14,972 nucleotides of DNA, taken from the sequence record MK054219.1, one strand, 5' to 3'. The notes beneath the pieces are model-generated. The model searched no databases. It was not told the DNA's origin and saw only the letters and a program-made list of their open reading frames with translations. Each line of letters begins with the position of its first letter. Position 1 is the stretch's first letter. The translations under genes and the position numbers were made by a program. Shown in pieces: positions 6,067 to 14,199 of the stretch.

Positions 6067-6078
6067 GCCCTTTTTAAA
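6065..6078 (+). promoter_or_regulatory. AGGCCCTTTTTAAA promoter motif for the A291-like gene, overlapping the b129 stop
   Basis: TATA-like TTTTTAAA begins 31 nt before ATG 6102; near-identical motif at 7267, 11268 and 11463. Confidence 0.75.
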
Positions 6079-6101
6079 GTTCTATTTTTCCTCTATTCCA
6101 A

Positions 6102-7010
6102 ATGAGGAAGTCCCTTCTAGCCCTTCTAACCCTATCCCTAGCGTTACTATCGCTTTTAATAACTCCAACAATTGCAGGAGTAATAATACCGCCATCATCA
6201 CCGATACCGATAAATCAAATTTCATCATCAACTGATTCAAACCTTTTAGGGTATGTGTTTGAGTTTGCTAATAACGGTCAAGTGCAACCGACTTCATATG
6301 CCTCAATCTCTGTGCCAATCCCATCTTCAATACCATATTATTATAATCCTAATGAATACTGGTATGATAACATGTATGCCTTTTGGGTGGCTCTTTCACC
6401 GTATACTATTGGTAATGGGGCAAGCACAACTTTCTTGCAAGCGGGAGTTGATTTATTGGAAAATCAAAGTGCGAAATACGTGCTACTTTTTGTGTATCTG
6501 GTGGTAAATAACAACGCTCATCCATTGGTATCATATCAATATCCGTATAGCCAGTTCGCGGGTACAACTATGAACATATATCTTTACCTTTCTAACGGTA
6601 ATGTAGTTGCACAATTCTCAGATGGGAGTTTTTCATATACCTATAATACCGGAATCAGTTTTACTCCATATTCTGCTCTAGTGATGGGTGAAGCACCCGG
6701 TTATTACCAGAGCGGAGTGAACAAATCAATTTTGTTCTACCCAATTCCTAACGAAACCTTTAGCGGAATATCATTTAACATAATTGGAAGTCCCGCTACT
6801 GCAGTAGGGTATGAAACTATAAAATACGCTACAAACTATCCTATCGCAAATAATTATATTAGTAGTAATTATGCATGGGCTTTTGCTTGGTTGTCCAGTA
6901 GCCCTTCATTTTCCGCAAACGCCTACACGTCAAGTAGTAGTGCTCAAATATCGGGAACCTTACAACTTAGTTACACAGAAACACCGTTAGGTCTATTGTA
7001 TATTGCCTAA
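6102..7010 (+). CDS. a291: A291-family secreted protein, 302 aa (family reported as the SSV killer toxin)
   Basis: Signal peptide MRKSLLALLTLSLALLSLLITPTIA as in SSV1 A291; internal matches (VALSPY, YSQFAGT, GSPATAV); S/Y/N-rich beta-type body; no C-terminal anchor. Confidence 0.8.
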   Translation: MRKSLLALLTLSLALLSLLITPTIAGVIIPPSSPIPINQISSSTDSNLLGYVFEFANNGQVQPTSYASISVPIPSSIPYYYNPNEYWYDNMYAFWVALSPYTIGNGASTTFLQAGVDLLENQSAKYVLLFVYLVVNNNAHPLVSYQYPYSQFAGTTMNIYLYLSNGNVVAQFSDGSFSYTYNTGISFTPYSALVMGEAPGYYQSGVNKSILFYPIPNETFSGISFNIIGSPATAVGYETIKYATNYPIANNYISSNYAWAFAWLSSSPSFSANAYTSSSSAQISGTLQLSYTETPLGLLYIA

Positions 7011-7046
7011 CGAAAAAGTATATTATCAAGTTAATCTTTTTTTCTT
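7011..7046 (+). promoter_or_regulatory. BRE/TATA for the 72-aa gene, followed by a T-tract likely terminating the toxin transcript
   Basis: CGAAAAAG-TATATTAT about 30 nt upstream of ATG 7049; a long T run (with a single C) at ~7037-7046. Confidence 0.55.
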
Positions 7047-7048
7047 AT

Positions 7049-7267
7049 ATGTCATCCTCGGGTTTTAATTTCGGTTCCGGCGAAGTAAATATAACTTATC
7101 CGAATGGTACAAAACTTATTTTTCCTTATTCGCCACCTCCATGGTATGTTCAATACGCTCCGGAAATTGCCTTAGCAATTTTTTTAGCCTCTTTAGGGAT
7201 TGCAATGTACTTAAGCCCCAAATTTCGTAAGGCAGTAATAGACTTACTATGGCGTTTGATAGACTAA
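7049..7267 (+). CDS. 72-aa single-pass membrane protein (candidate toxin immunity factor)
   Basis: N-terminal sequons NIT and NGT, TM IALAIFLASLGIAMYL, then basic KFRK (positive-inside); has its own promoter. Confidence 0.75.
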   Translation: MSSSGFNFGSGEVNITYPNGTKLIFPYSPPPWYVQYAPEIALAIFLASLGIAMYLSPKFRKAVIDLLWRLID

Positions 7268-7280
7268 GGCCCTTTATAAA
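7267..7280 (+). promoter_or_regulatory. AGGCCCTTTATAAA promoter motif for the vp4 operon
   Basis: TTTATAAA starts 31 nt before ATG 7304 and overlaps the upstream stop codon. Confidence 0.78.
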
Positions 7281-7303
7281 CTCACATAATTTTTTATCGC
7301 TTA

Positions 7304-9706
7304 ATGAAGTGGGGACTATTATTCGCTATTTTCTTTATATCTCTTTTTTCTCTCAACTCCTTAGCTTTACTTATAGGTGGAGGAGGGCCTAATAATAGCG
7401 GTGCGGGAGTTTATACTCAAACTATAACGGTAAATGGGGGTTTAGCGAGTACAACACTAAACGGAAATACGCTTTTTAACGCACCTTGGACAAACCCATC
7501 ATACTTATCAAACACATCCACGGGTGGGCTAATCATAATACCAGACCAGAGTTATACTTACAATAACGTTTCGTTCCTACCTAGTGGTAATGGGGGATTC
7601 GCGTTAAACGTCACCTTCACTACACCTTATGTAAATTCACCGGGCGGTGCATTTGCTATAGGGTTTGGAACTTACATTCCCGGTTCTGTGCAGGAAAATT
7701 GGGGGCCAGCAAATATTCCGCCGGATGGTATTATAGTAGTAATTGAGCACGGTGCCATGAGTACCTACCATCTCTTTGTAATATTAACGGGCCATATAAT
7801 AGCCAACATTTCATTAGGTTTCACAACATTAAGTAGTTCTGTTACTTACGGTTTAGGGTTTGAATATGAAGCAACCCCAACCGGGACTTCGTTTGAAAGC
7901 TTTATAGATGTCTTCTGGTTTAACGGTACTCTACACACATTCGGCCTAACGAATACTAACTACTATTTCACCTCAACTACTAATGTCATAAATAATAATT
8001 ATGAAATAGGTGCGTTCAATGGAGGCCCGATATTCGGTTATTCCGAATACGAGATAGTTAATTATCGGTACTTTAAGCAGGTAACGGCACAACTGACTAT
8101 TAGTTATTTCGCATTATCGTATAACATCTATCATTTCTTAATGGCCTATGCGGGTGCGGGGAATCCCGTAAACATTTCAGGTGCATTATATAGCATATCG
8201 GGCATAGTTTCACAGAAAAACTTTACAATAACGGGTATACAACAAGGCTTAGCATACACCTTTAACATTTTAGGGAAGTCAAACGGATTATATTTACTTT
8301 ACACGGGGCCAATCGAAGGTAACCCACCAACATGGTACGTAAACGTAACCATAGGGCTTCAAATCGTTACATCTCAAGTAACGATAAACTACAACCTAAC
8401 TATACCCGTAATTGTTGAGGGCTATGCACTATATCCTAGCGTCAATTTGCCTAGCGGAACTTATCTAAGCGGGCAAACAATCAGTTTTACACTGACCAAC
8501 TTCGTAGGTTATCCCTCAAATCTAGGTTATTATACTGCAGTATCAGAGCGGGCTAACGTATCAATAAACGGTGTTACGTACCCGATACCCTATAGTTTTA
8601 CGCCTATAGTCCAAGTACCTACTACTTATTACTACACAGTAATCGTAACTGAAGGTCCAATATCAATGATAGATTATAGTGGTAGTTTCACAGTATTGCC
8701 CGCACAGAGTTACCCCGTGTTATTCGTTACTTCTTATCCTAGAATCGGGATATTAGGGCAAACGATAACGATAACGTTCCAATTCACTTACAATAGTCCC
8801 GTCTCGAATGTAACACAATCCGCATTAACGCAAACTACTAGCACTTTCGCATTTACTTATGCATCTATAATAACGTCGTCATCATTGATACAATTCAAGG
8901 CGTATTGGCTTAATGCAAGTGATGGTTTAATAATCATTACGCAAAGTCAGAATTTCTTAATCCCCTTCAACTATGTAGGGCTAACATGGTACAATAATAG
9001 CGTTAATACAGTGCAGATTAACGTTATTAATAACGCGTTACAATTAACGATTAACGGTGGTACGCTTAACATAGCTAACTCATCTAAAGTGATAGGCTTA
9101 GGCTTCTACTACGGTGCGGGGAAACTTGTACTGAACTGGTTCTTCGTTAGCGGTATCGTTTTACAAAGTGCTACGGCTAACCAAGCATATATAATATTGA
9201 TCGGGACTAACCCATCAACATTGACACAATATGTAACGGGTTACACTAACGCTAGCGGTTTCGGAAACGTAACGCTAAAACTATCCTATAGTCCTTATGA
9301 GCTTATTGACGTATATTGGTACGGCGTTACATATCAGATACTAAACATTAGCGTTTCAAATACTACTACAGTAAGCAGCACCACCACAGTGAATACCACT
9401 ACTCTTAACTACAACTACACTAAGCCGTTTAGTAATAACATTGCCCCTAACTCCTCACTATATAACTTCTCTCAATACCAACCATGGGCGGAAATCATCG
9501 GGATTGTGGTTACTTTACTTATCGCGTTACTAGGTTGGAAATTCGGCGGTAGTGCGGGTGCATCGGGTGGTGCGGTTATGGGGCTAATCGCCACTGCATA
9601 TTTGGGGCTATTACCATGGTACATCTTTTATGTCTTTGTACTTGGCATAGCGCTACTGTTAGCGAAAACGTTTGTGGATAGGTTTATGGGGAGGGAGGAA
9701 GAATGA
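7304..9706 (+). CDS. vp4: VP4 (C792-family) tail/adsorption glycoprotein, 800 aa
   Basis: N-terminal signal ([21 protein letters not shown]), many N-x-S/T sequons, beta-rich T/S/Y/N body, Thr-rich linker, C-terminal TM segments; largest ORF, in the canonical position. Confidence 0.9.
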   Translation: MKWGLLFAIFFISLFSLNSLALLIGGGGPNNSGAGVYTQTITVNGGLASTTLNGNTLFNAPWTNPSYLSNTSTGGLIIIPDQSYTYNNVSFLPSGNGGFALNVTFTTPYVNSPGGAFAIGFGTYIPGSVQENWGPANIPPDGIIVVIEHGAMSTYHLFVILTGHIIANISLGFTTLSSSVTYGLGFEYEATPTGTSFESFIDVFWFNGTLHTFGLTNTNYYFTSTTNVINNNYEIGAFNGGPIFGYSEYEIVNYRYFKQVTAQLTISYFALSYNIYHFLMAYAGAGNPVNISGALYSISGIVSQKNFTITGIQQGLAYTFNILGKSNGLYLLYTGPIEGNPPTWYVNVTIGLQIVTSQVTINYNLTIPVIVEGYALYPSVNLPSGTYLSGQTISFTLTNFVGYPSNLGYYTAVSERANVSINGVTYPIPYSFTPIVQVPTTYYYTVIVTEGPISMIDYSGSFTVLPAQSYPVLFVTSYPRIGILGQTITITFQFTYNSPVSNVTQSALTQTTSTFAFTYASIITSSSLIQFKAYWLNASDGLIIITQSQNFLIPFNYVGLTWYNNSVNTVQINVINNALQLTINGGTLNIANSSKVIGLGFYYGAGKLVLNWFFVSGIVLQSATANQAYIILIGTNPSTLTQYVTGYTNASGFGNVTLKLSYSPYELIDVYWYGVTYQILNISVSNTTTVSSTTTVNTTTLNYNYTKPFSNNIAPNSSLYNFSQYQPWAEIIGIVVTLLIALLGWKFGGSAGASGGAVMGLIATAYLGLLPWYIFYVFVLGIALLLAKTFVDRFMGREEE

Positions 9707-9945
9707 CGGACGCAATTTCCCTAGCTTTACAAACCGGTTTAGGGCCGGTAATTGCGGTCGTTATTATCATAGGAATGATGGGACTAACATACAAGATGGC
9801 GGGCAAAGTACCGGCGATTCTTGTAGGTATAGCCTCAACTTTCACCCTAACTTTCATGAATTTCTTACCGCTTTTTTGGGGCGTTGCGATCATTTTGGGT
9901 CTGATAGCCGGGTTAATCTTAGGAGGTGGTAGGGATGGGGACTAA
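9703..9945 (+). CDS. b78: B78-family membrane protein, 80 aa
   Basis: ATGA coupling to vp4; three hydrophobic segments; canonical position. Confidence 0.85.
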   Translation: MTDAISLALQTGLGPVIAVVIIIGMMGLTYKMAGKVPAILVGIASTFTLTFMNFLPLFWGVAIILGLIAGLILGGGRDGD

Positions 9946-10435
9946 GCTAATAGTATACGTCCTATTGTTTGACGTCTTTCTAGCGTTAATGGTAGGTGCT
10001 TACGGCGGTATAACGCCACCGTCAATTCCACCGATACCTTCATATAGTTTTGACCAAGCTTTAGCGTCATCAATTGTATGGACTGTGGGGTGGCCACCCA
10101 TTACGTTATGGGGGCCCGTGACACTTATTCCGCCGTTTTCCATTTTAGGGGCTAACTTTCCGGGACTAACTTTACCGGGTGTAACGATACCGGGTGTAAC
10201 ATTGTTTAGTATATCGTTTTCATGGTTGGCCCCAATCCTTTACCTGATAGGTTGGCTAACGTGGATGTTTCAGACAACCGATAGTGTTTTAGGGTATCTA
10301 ATATCTATATTCACTTCTTCTATAGGATTGTTAGCGAATGTACCGACAGTAGGGCCGTTTTTGACGGCTTTCGTTTTGATTGTCAATTTCATCCTCATTT
10401 GGGAAGTGGTGAAATTGATAAGGGGTGGGCCATGA
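9935..10435 (+). CDS. c166: C166-family membrane/virion protein, 166 aa; start revised to ATG 9935
   Basis: [13 protein letters not shown] start after a GGAGGTG SD gives 166 aa; Pro-rich centre and TM helices; canonical position. Confidence 0.85.
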   Translation: MGTKLIVYVLLFDVFLALMVGAYGGITPPSIPPIPSYSFDQALASSIVWTVGWPPITLWGPVTLIPPFSILGANFPGLTLPGVTIPGVTLFSISFSWLAPILYLIGWLTWMFQTTDSVLGYLISIFTSSIGLLANVPTVGPFLTAFVLIVNFILIWEVVKLIRGGP

Positions 10436-10776
10436 CTTATAACGCTAATGAGATTAGGGCTAAGATACTAAGGCGTAAAATCTTAGAGCTTATTGTGGAA
10501 AACTACGTACTCTCTGCTTCTCTCATCTCTCACGCACTGCTTTTGAGCTATGCAACAGTGCTAAGACACCTCAGAATCCTTAACGAAGAAGGATACATAG
10601 AGTTGTACAAAGAAGGTAGGACGTTATATGCTAAAATTAAAGAGAACTCTAAACAAATTCAGATTCTGAATTCAGAACTGGAGGGGTTTAAAAAGCTTAG
10701 CGACAAGCCCCTATTGACCAAGTATGAGCCTAGTACTATTGCAAAGACCAAAGCTAAGAAAGGGCGAAGCAACTAA
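10432..10776 (+). CDS. b115: B115-family winged-helix (ArsR-like) regulator, 114 aa; start revised to ATG 10432
   Basis: [35 protein letters not shown] pattern; ATGA overlap with the c166 stop; 3' end overlaps the vp1 promoter and 5' end. Confidence 0.87.
   Translation: MTYNANEIRAKILRRKILELIVENYVLSASLISHALLLSYATVLRHLRILNEEGYIELYKEGRTLYAKIKENSKQIQILNSELEGFKKLSDKPLLTKYEPSTIAKTKAKKGRSN
10681..10694 (+). promoter_or_regulatory. vp1/vp3 promoter (GAGGGGTTTAAAAA)
   Basis: TTTAAAAA at 10687-10694 upstream of the vp1 ATG; resembles the SSV1 T1/T2 promoter as recalled. Confidence 0.7.
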
Positions 10777-10987
10777 CATAGGAGCAATTTTAGGGCTATT
10801 CATCTTTATACTTATAGGCATAGTACTATTGCCCGTCATCGTTAGCCAAGTAAATAACTTGACTTCCGGTACTGCACCTAGCGTAACCGGCACAAACGCC
10901 ACACTCTTACAACTAGTCCCACTGTTCTATATCCTAGTCTTAATCATAGTCCCCGCCGTAGTGGCGTACAAGATTTACAAAGAGTAA
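10724..10987 (+). CDS. vp1: Major capsid protein VP1 precursor, 87 aa (predicted mature 73 aa from E at 10766)
   Basis: [35 protein letters not shown]...[26 protein letters not shown] matches mature SSV1 VP1; in-frame stop at 10715 excludes a longer precursor. Confidence 0.97.
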   Translation: MSLVLLQRPKLRKGEATNIGAILGLFIFILIGIVLLPVIVSQVNNLTSGTAPSVTGTNATLLQLVPLFYILVLIIVPAVVAYKIYKE

Positions 10988-11207
10988 AGGTGTGAGGGAT
11001 GGAAATCAGTTTAAAGCAAATAATTTTTTTGACTATCTTCATCGTTTTAGGTATAGCGTTATTATCGCCAATTGTTAGTTACGTAAATTTGCTAACCACA
11101 CCGTCTTTCACAACTGTTTCAGGTACTGTGACGCAAACTAATCCTAACCCGCAATACGTAGGAAGCTCAAACGCACCCATCTTACAACTAGTCCCACTGT
11201 TCTATAT
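10905..11207 (+). repeat. 28-bp exact direct repeat shared by vp1 (10905-10932) and vp3 (11180-11207)
   Basis: TCTTACAACTAGTCCCACTGTTCTATAT in both genes, with mismatches on each side. Confidence 0.92.
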
Positions 11208-11265
11208 ACTTGTACTGATAGTTGTACCGGCGGTTGTAGCGTATAGGATATACAAGTCTGACTGA
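10999..11265 (+). CDS. vp3: Minor capsid protein VP3, 88 aa
   Basis: Two TM helices; C-terminal [26 protein letters not shown] paralogous to VP1; GTGAGG SD upstream. Confidence 0.95.
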   Translation: MEISLKQIIFLTIFIVLGIALLSPIVSYVNLLTTPSFTTVSGTVTQTNPNPQYVGSSNAPILQLVPLFYILVLIVVPAVVAYRIYKSD

Positions 11266-11266
11266 A

Positions 11267-11289
11267 TAGGCCCTTTATAAAGTCATAAT
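11267..11289 (+). repeat. 23-bp direct repeat copy 1 (promoter of the mini capsid paralogue; downstream T-tract may terminate vp1-vp3)
   Basis: TAGGCCCTTTATAAAGTCATAAT, identical to 11462-11484; TATA starts 29 nt before ATG 11303. Confidence 0.92.
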
Positions 11290-11302
11290 TTTTTCTCTTT
11301 TG

Positions 11303-11464
11303 ATGAACGCGTTAATAATAGCATTATTCATATTTTTACTTGCAGGAATTATATCACTACCAATCATAATTTCTGACACTTCACTTTTACAGTTAGTGCC
11401 ACTATTCTACATAATATTGGTTGTTATCTCTGCTCTAATTGTATATAGGATTATGTATAACTAG
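11303..11464 (+). CDS. 53-aa third VP1/VP3 paralogue lacking the inter-helix loop (not in ORF track)
   Basis: [53 protein letters not shown]; LFIF..GI..LP and [10 protein letters not shown] align in register with VP1; dedicated promoter and downstream T-tract. Confidence 0.88.
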   Translation: MNALIIALFIFLLAGIISLPIIISDTSLLQLVPLFYIILVVISALIVYRIMYN

Positions 11465-11484
11465 GCCCTTTATAAAGTCATAAT
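11462..11484 (+). repeat. 23-bp direct repeat copy 2 (promoter of the a82-b251 operon), containing the stop codon of the 53-aa gene
   Basis: TAGGCCCTTTATAAAGTCATAAT; TATA starts 30 nt before ATG 11499. Confidence 0.92.
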
Positions 11485-11498
11485 CTTTTTTCGTTTTG

Positions 11499-11747
11499 AT
11501 GAGTGCGTTAGGGGATGTAATCTACGTAGTCTCTATTCTTTTCCCGGCCGTGGGTTTGATAAGTAGGAACTATCTTGTAAATTTAATGGGGACGTTCTTA
11601 GGCGTCATAGGGTTTCTGGTTTTTGTCCAAGGGTATACTGATATAGCGTTCTCAGGGTCTACTTTCTATTTAGCGATATTCCCGCTCTTACTGGGGTTGG
11701 TGAACTTAGGGTTCTTCTTCAATTGGGTGAGGGAAGAGAGGATATGA
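11499..11747 (+). CDS. a82: A82-family membrane protein, 82 aa; start revised to ATG 11499
   Basis: MSALGDVIY...three TM segments...FFFNWVREERI; length and position match SSV1 A82. Confidence 0.88.
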   Translation: MSALGDVIYVVSILFPAVGLISRNYLVNLMGTFLGVIGFLVFVQGYTDIAFSGSTFYLAIFPLLLGLVNLGFFFNWVREERI

Positions 11748-11995
11748 GGTGGGGGAGCGATGATACTTATACCGGCAAAATACGCAGAAATAGTCCTAGG
11801 TTTCGATTCAATTATGCTCATTACTGCTTTGCTATTCAGAAAGCCAAAGCCCAAGAAAAAACAATCAAAAGAACAATTGACGAATGGAAAACTTCTAGGG
11901 TACTATCTCGTAGGGGGTTCGGCATTAGCCTTACTCGTAGGGCATTATGCCTTCTACACCACTTACGTAACCTATTTTACGGGATTATTGATTGA
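11744..11995 (+). CDS. c84: C84-like basic protein, 83 aa, overlapping a92 in another frame
   Basis: MRWGSDDTYTGKIRRN...; ATGA overlap with the a82 stop; SSV1 has the same c84/a92 overlap. Expression is uncertain. Confidence 0.55.
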   Translation: MRWGSDDTYTGKIRRNSPRFRFNYAHYCFAIQKAKAQEKTIKRTIDEWKTSRVLSRRGFGISLTRRALCLLHHLRNLFYGIID

Positions 11996-12041
11996 CGCTT
12001 TCGTATTTTATCTCGGTTTGGAGGTGTTAAGGCGTGTCTGA
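11760..12041 (+). CDS. a92: A92-family membrane protein, 93 aa
   Basis: GAGGTGGGGGAG SD; TM segments flanking a basic loop (FRKPKPKKK); canonical position. Confidence 0.85.
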   Translation: MILIPAKYAEIVLGFDSIMLITALLFRKPKPKKKQSKEQLTNGKLLGYYLVGGSALALLVGHYAFYTTYVTYFTGLLIDAFVFYLGLEVLRRV

Positions 12042-12876
12042 CGGTAAGTTAGTTTCCGCATGGGAGGAAGAGCTTAAGAAAGCTCAGACACTTGATGAGC
12101 TAAAGCAAAAATATGAAGAAGTACAAAAGCAGATAGCGGATGGTAAAACGCTAAAGAGATTATACAAAGTTTATGAGAAAAGGCAAACTGAATTAATGCT
12201 ACAACAATACAAACAATTGAAAGCGGAATTAGCTCAAAGAAAGAAGGTAAAGAAGAAGGATAAGGCGGATATCAGAGTTAAAGTAGTTAAGAAGTGGATT
12301 AATTCGCGTCTGTTTACTGCGGAACATTACGTAGCAATGTTACAACAATCAAAGGACGGCTTGCAATTGTTGTTTATGAGGAAAGCGAAACTGGTGGAAA
12401 ACCAGGGTTATCTAATGCTAGAGAACCGCAAACTAAGAAAGAGTTGGGTCTTAAACGGTGAACCTTTGCTACTTGAAAAGAGCAAATTCCCGTTTGGGAA
12501 AAAGTTTGTGGCCGTTCATTTCGTTTTGCCGGATTATCCTTATACTTTAGATTTGGTAGTAGATGAGAAGATTAAGCAATTAACGTTAAAGACAATAAAC
12601 GCCCCGCAGATAATACATTCAATCATAAAAACGAAATTCTTTGAGGCTTTGGCAAGAGTAGGATCAGGGCCTGATTATACTATGCTCATAATAGGGGCGA
12701 TAATGGGTATTGGAATTGGGGTGGCGATAGGTTTCGGGATTGCAAACGCTAACCTGAGTCACTTACTTGCTCAACATGTGACAAATAGCACAGTAACGCA
12801 TACTACTACCACACCGCAAACTATTACATCAACCACACCTAGTTTCACCATTCCTTCCAATACGAGCAAGGGGTGA
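12034..12876 (+). CDS. b277: B277-family core protein, 280 aa, with C-terminal TM and Thr-rich tail
   Basis: GTG start after GGAGGTG SD; coiled-coil N-terminus; TM MLIIGAIMGIGIGVAIGFGIA; canonical position. Confidence 0.87.
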   Translation: MSDGKLVSAWEEELKKAQTLDELKQKYEEVQKQIADGKTLKRLYKVYEKRQTELMLQQYKQLKAELAQRKKVKKKDKADIRVKVVKKWINSRLFTAEHYVAMLQQSKDGLQLLFMRKAKLVENQGYLMLENRKLRKSWVLNGEPLLLEKSKFPFGKKFVAVHFVLPDYPYTLDLVVDEKIKQLTLKTINAPQIIHSIIKTKFFEALARVGSGPDYTMLIIGAIMGIGIGVAIGFGIANANLSHLLAQHVTNSTVTHTTTTPQTITSTTPSFTIPSNTSKG

Positions 12877-12881
12877 GCTAA

Positions 12882-13349
12882 ATGGCTAAGAAGAACGGCT
12901 TAACGGAAGTAGAGCAATTAAAGAAAGAAAATGAAGAGTTAAAGAACAAGTTGGCAAAGTTAGAGGCGTTAATAAACAATGAAACAGAGGATGAAGTAAA
13001 GCCACCAGAAATTGAAAACCCATATACGGTAACTAATAGAACTATTTCAGAGTTGGTTAGCCCTAAGGACACAATGTTCTATTTATCTGGAAACCAAATT
13101 AGCCTAATCTTAACTGCGTTTGAGTTTGCTAAACTTCCTAGTTATTTCGGTGAGGAACCGGTGGTTGAATTAGCACAGTTTGCGGATAAGTTAAAGCATT
13201 ATCTCGTTTCGAAAGGTGGTAGGGGTAGGAGGGATATATTGAGAGTGCTAAGAGTAAGCAGTGGGCAAGTTAGAGAGAACGTGAATAAGAGCCTATTCAG
13301 ACAAATCTTAAAGGGAGGTGCAGATATTGATGAAGATGAAACAGAATAA
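12882..13349 (+). CDS. a154: A154-family core protein, 155 aa
   Basis: N-terminal coiled coil and SKGGRGRRDILRVLRVSSGQVRE motif; directly precedes the ATPase. Confidence 0.88.
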   Translation: MAKKNGLTEVEQLKKENEELKNKLAKLEALINNETEDEVKPPEIENPYTVTNRTISELVSPKDTMFYLSGNQISLILTAFEFAKLPSYFGEEPVVELAQFADKLKHYLVSKGGRGRRDILRVLRVSSGQVRENVNKSLFRQILKGGADIDEDETE

Positions 13350-14043
13350 TGCAACATTAATATTAGCATCTGAAATCTATAAGGCGTATAAGGAAGGCTC
13401 ATTTCTAAATGTTATAATATTTGGAAAGCAAGGTGCGGGTAAGACAACATATGCCCTAAGGGTGGCTAAGGAAGTCTTAAAGATGATTGATAAAAACTTA
13501 GATGAGCAAACGGCATGGGAAAAGGCGTTATCGTATTTAGCTTTTAACGTTAGAGAAGCTCTTCAGAAATTAGCAATAATCGTAGAACTTCATAAGCAAG
13601 GGCATATAGATTCTAGGTTACCTCTCTTAATCATGGATGACGCATCAATAGACCTTATTAAATATAATTGGTATGATAAGGAAAATCAAGAGTTCTTTAA
13701 ACTAAACGTTTTGGCTAGAACATGGGTTTCGGCAATAATTTATACTAGCCCTATGATGTCGGACATTTCAAAGTTCTTAAGAGAAAAGGGATGGATGGTA
13801 GTAAAAATAACTAGGAATGGCGGTTATAAGGATACTGAAAGTGTGGCGAAATTATACGGTAGGGTGATTAAGCTTAACAAACAACATACTGATTTTGTAG
13901 GAAGATATAAGCCTATAGCGATTGACAGATTTACGAGGAGGATGCCGGATAGGATATATGAGGAGTATATGAGGAAGAGGAACAGAGTTATGGTATCGAT
14001 AGCCGAAAGACTATTACAAAGTGAGGAAAATTCGTTAGTTTGA
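13330..14043 (+). CDS. b251: B251-family P-loop NTPase, ~237 aa; start revised to ATG 13330
   Basis: Walker A GKQGAGKT, Walker B LLIMDD, LREKGW motif; GGAGGTG SD at 13314-13320. Confidence 0.9.
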   Translation: MKMKQNNATLILASEIYKAYKEGSFLNVIIFGKQGAGKTTYALRVAKEVLKMIDKNLDEQTAWEKALSYLAFNVREALQKLAIIVELHKQGHIDSRLPLLIMDDASIDLIKYNWYDKENQEFFKLNVLARTWVSAIIYTSPMMSDISKFLREKGWMVVKITRNGGYKDTESVAKLYGRVIKLNKQHTDFVGRYKPIAIDRFTRRMPDRIYEEYMRKRNRVMVSIAERLLQSEENSLV

Positions 14044-14199
14044 AAATATTTCACGTCTTTTTACGTCCTATTTAGCCTATTAAATGTACAAACTAATTTT
14101 TAGTGGTCACTGTATAAAGTGACCAAATAACGTTTTTGTAGTCGGGAATCCCGACGGCATAAAATTTTGTAAGAAATTGTAAAAATCAAAATTCAAAGC
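14044..14199. other. Convergent intergenic region with two inverted repeats and T/A tracts
   Basis: TGGTCACT-GTATAA-AGTGACCA (14104-14125) and GTCGGGA-A-TCCCGAC (14141-14155). Confidence 0.6.

Noticed and set aside
6032-6507. Alternative-frame ORFs 6032-6235 and 6253-6507
   Set aside because: Nested in b129 and the toxin gene, with no SD or promoter and no motifs.
9672-9932. ORFs 9672-9932 (+) and 9684-9893 (-)
   Set aside because: Alternative-frame or antisense shadows of b78, which has coupling and family support.
11266-11498. vp2 DNA-binding protein expected after vp3
   Set aside because: No basic VP2-like ORF is present; the slot holds the hydrophobic 53-aa paralogue.
10711-14054. Minus-strand ORFs 10711-10902, 11666-11854, 12878-13072, 13199-13402 and 13824-14054
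   Set aside because: All are antisense to well-supported core genes.
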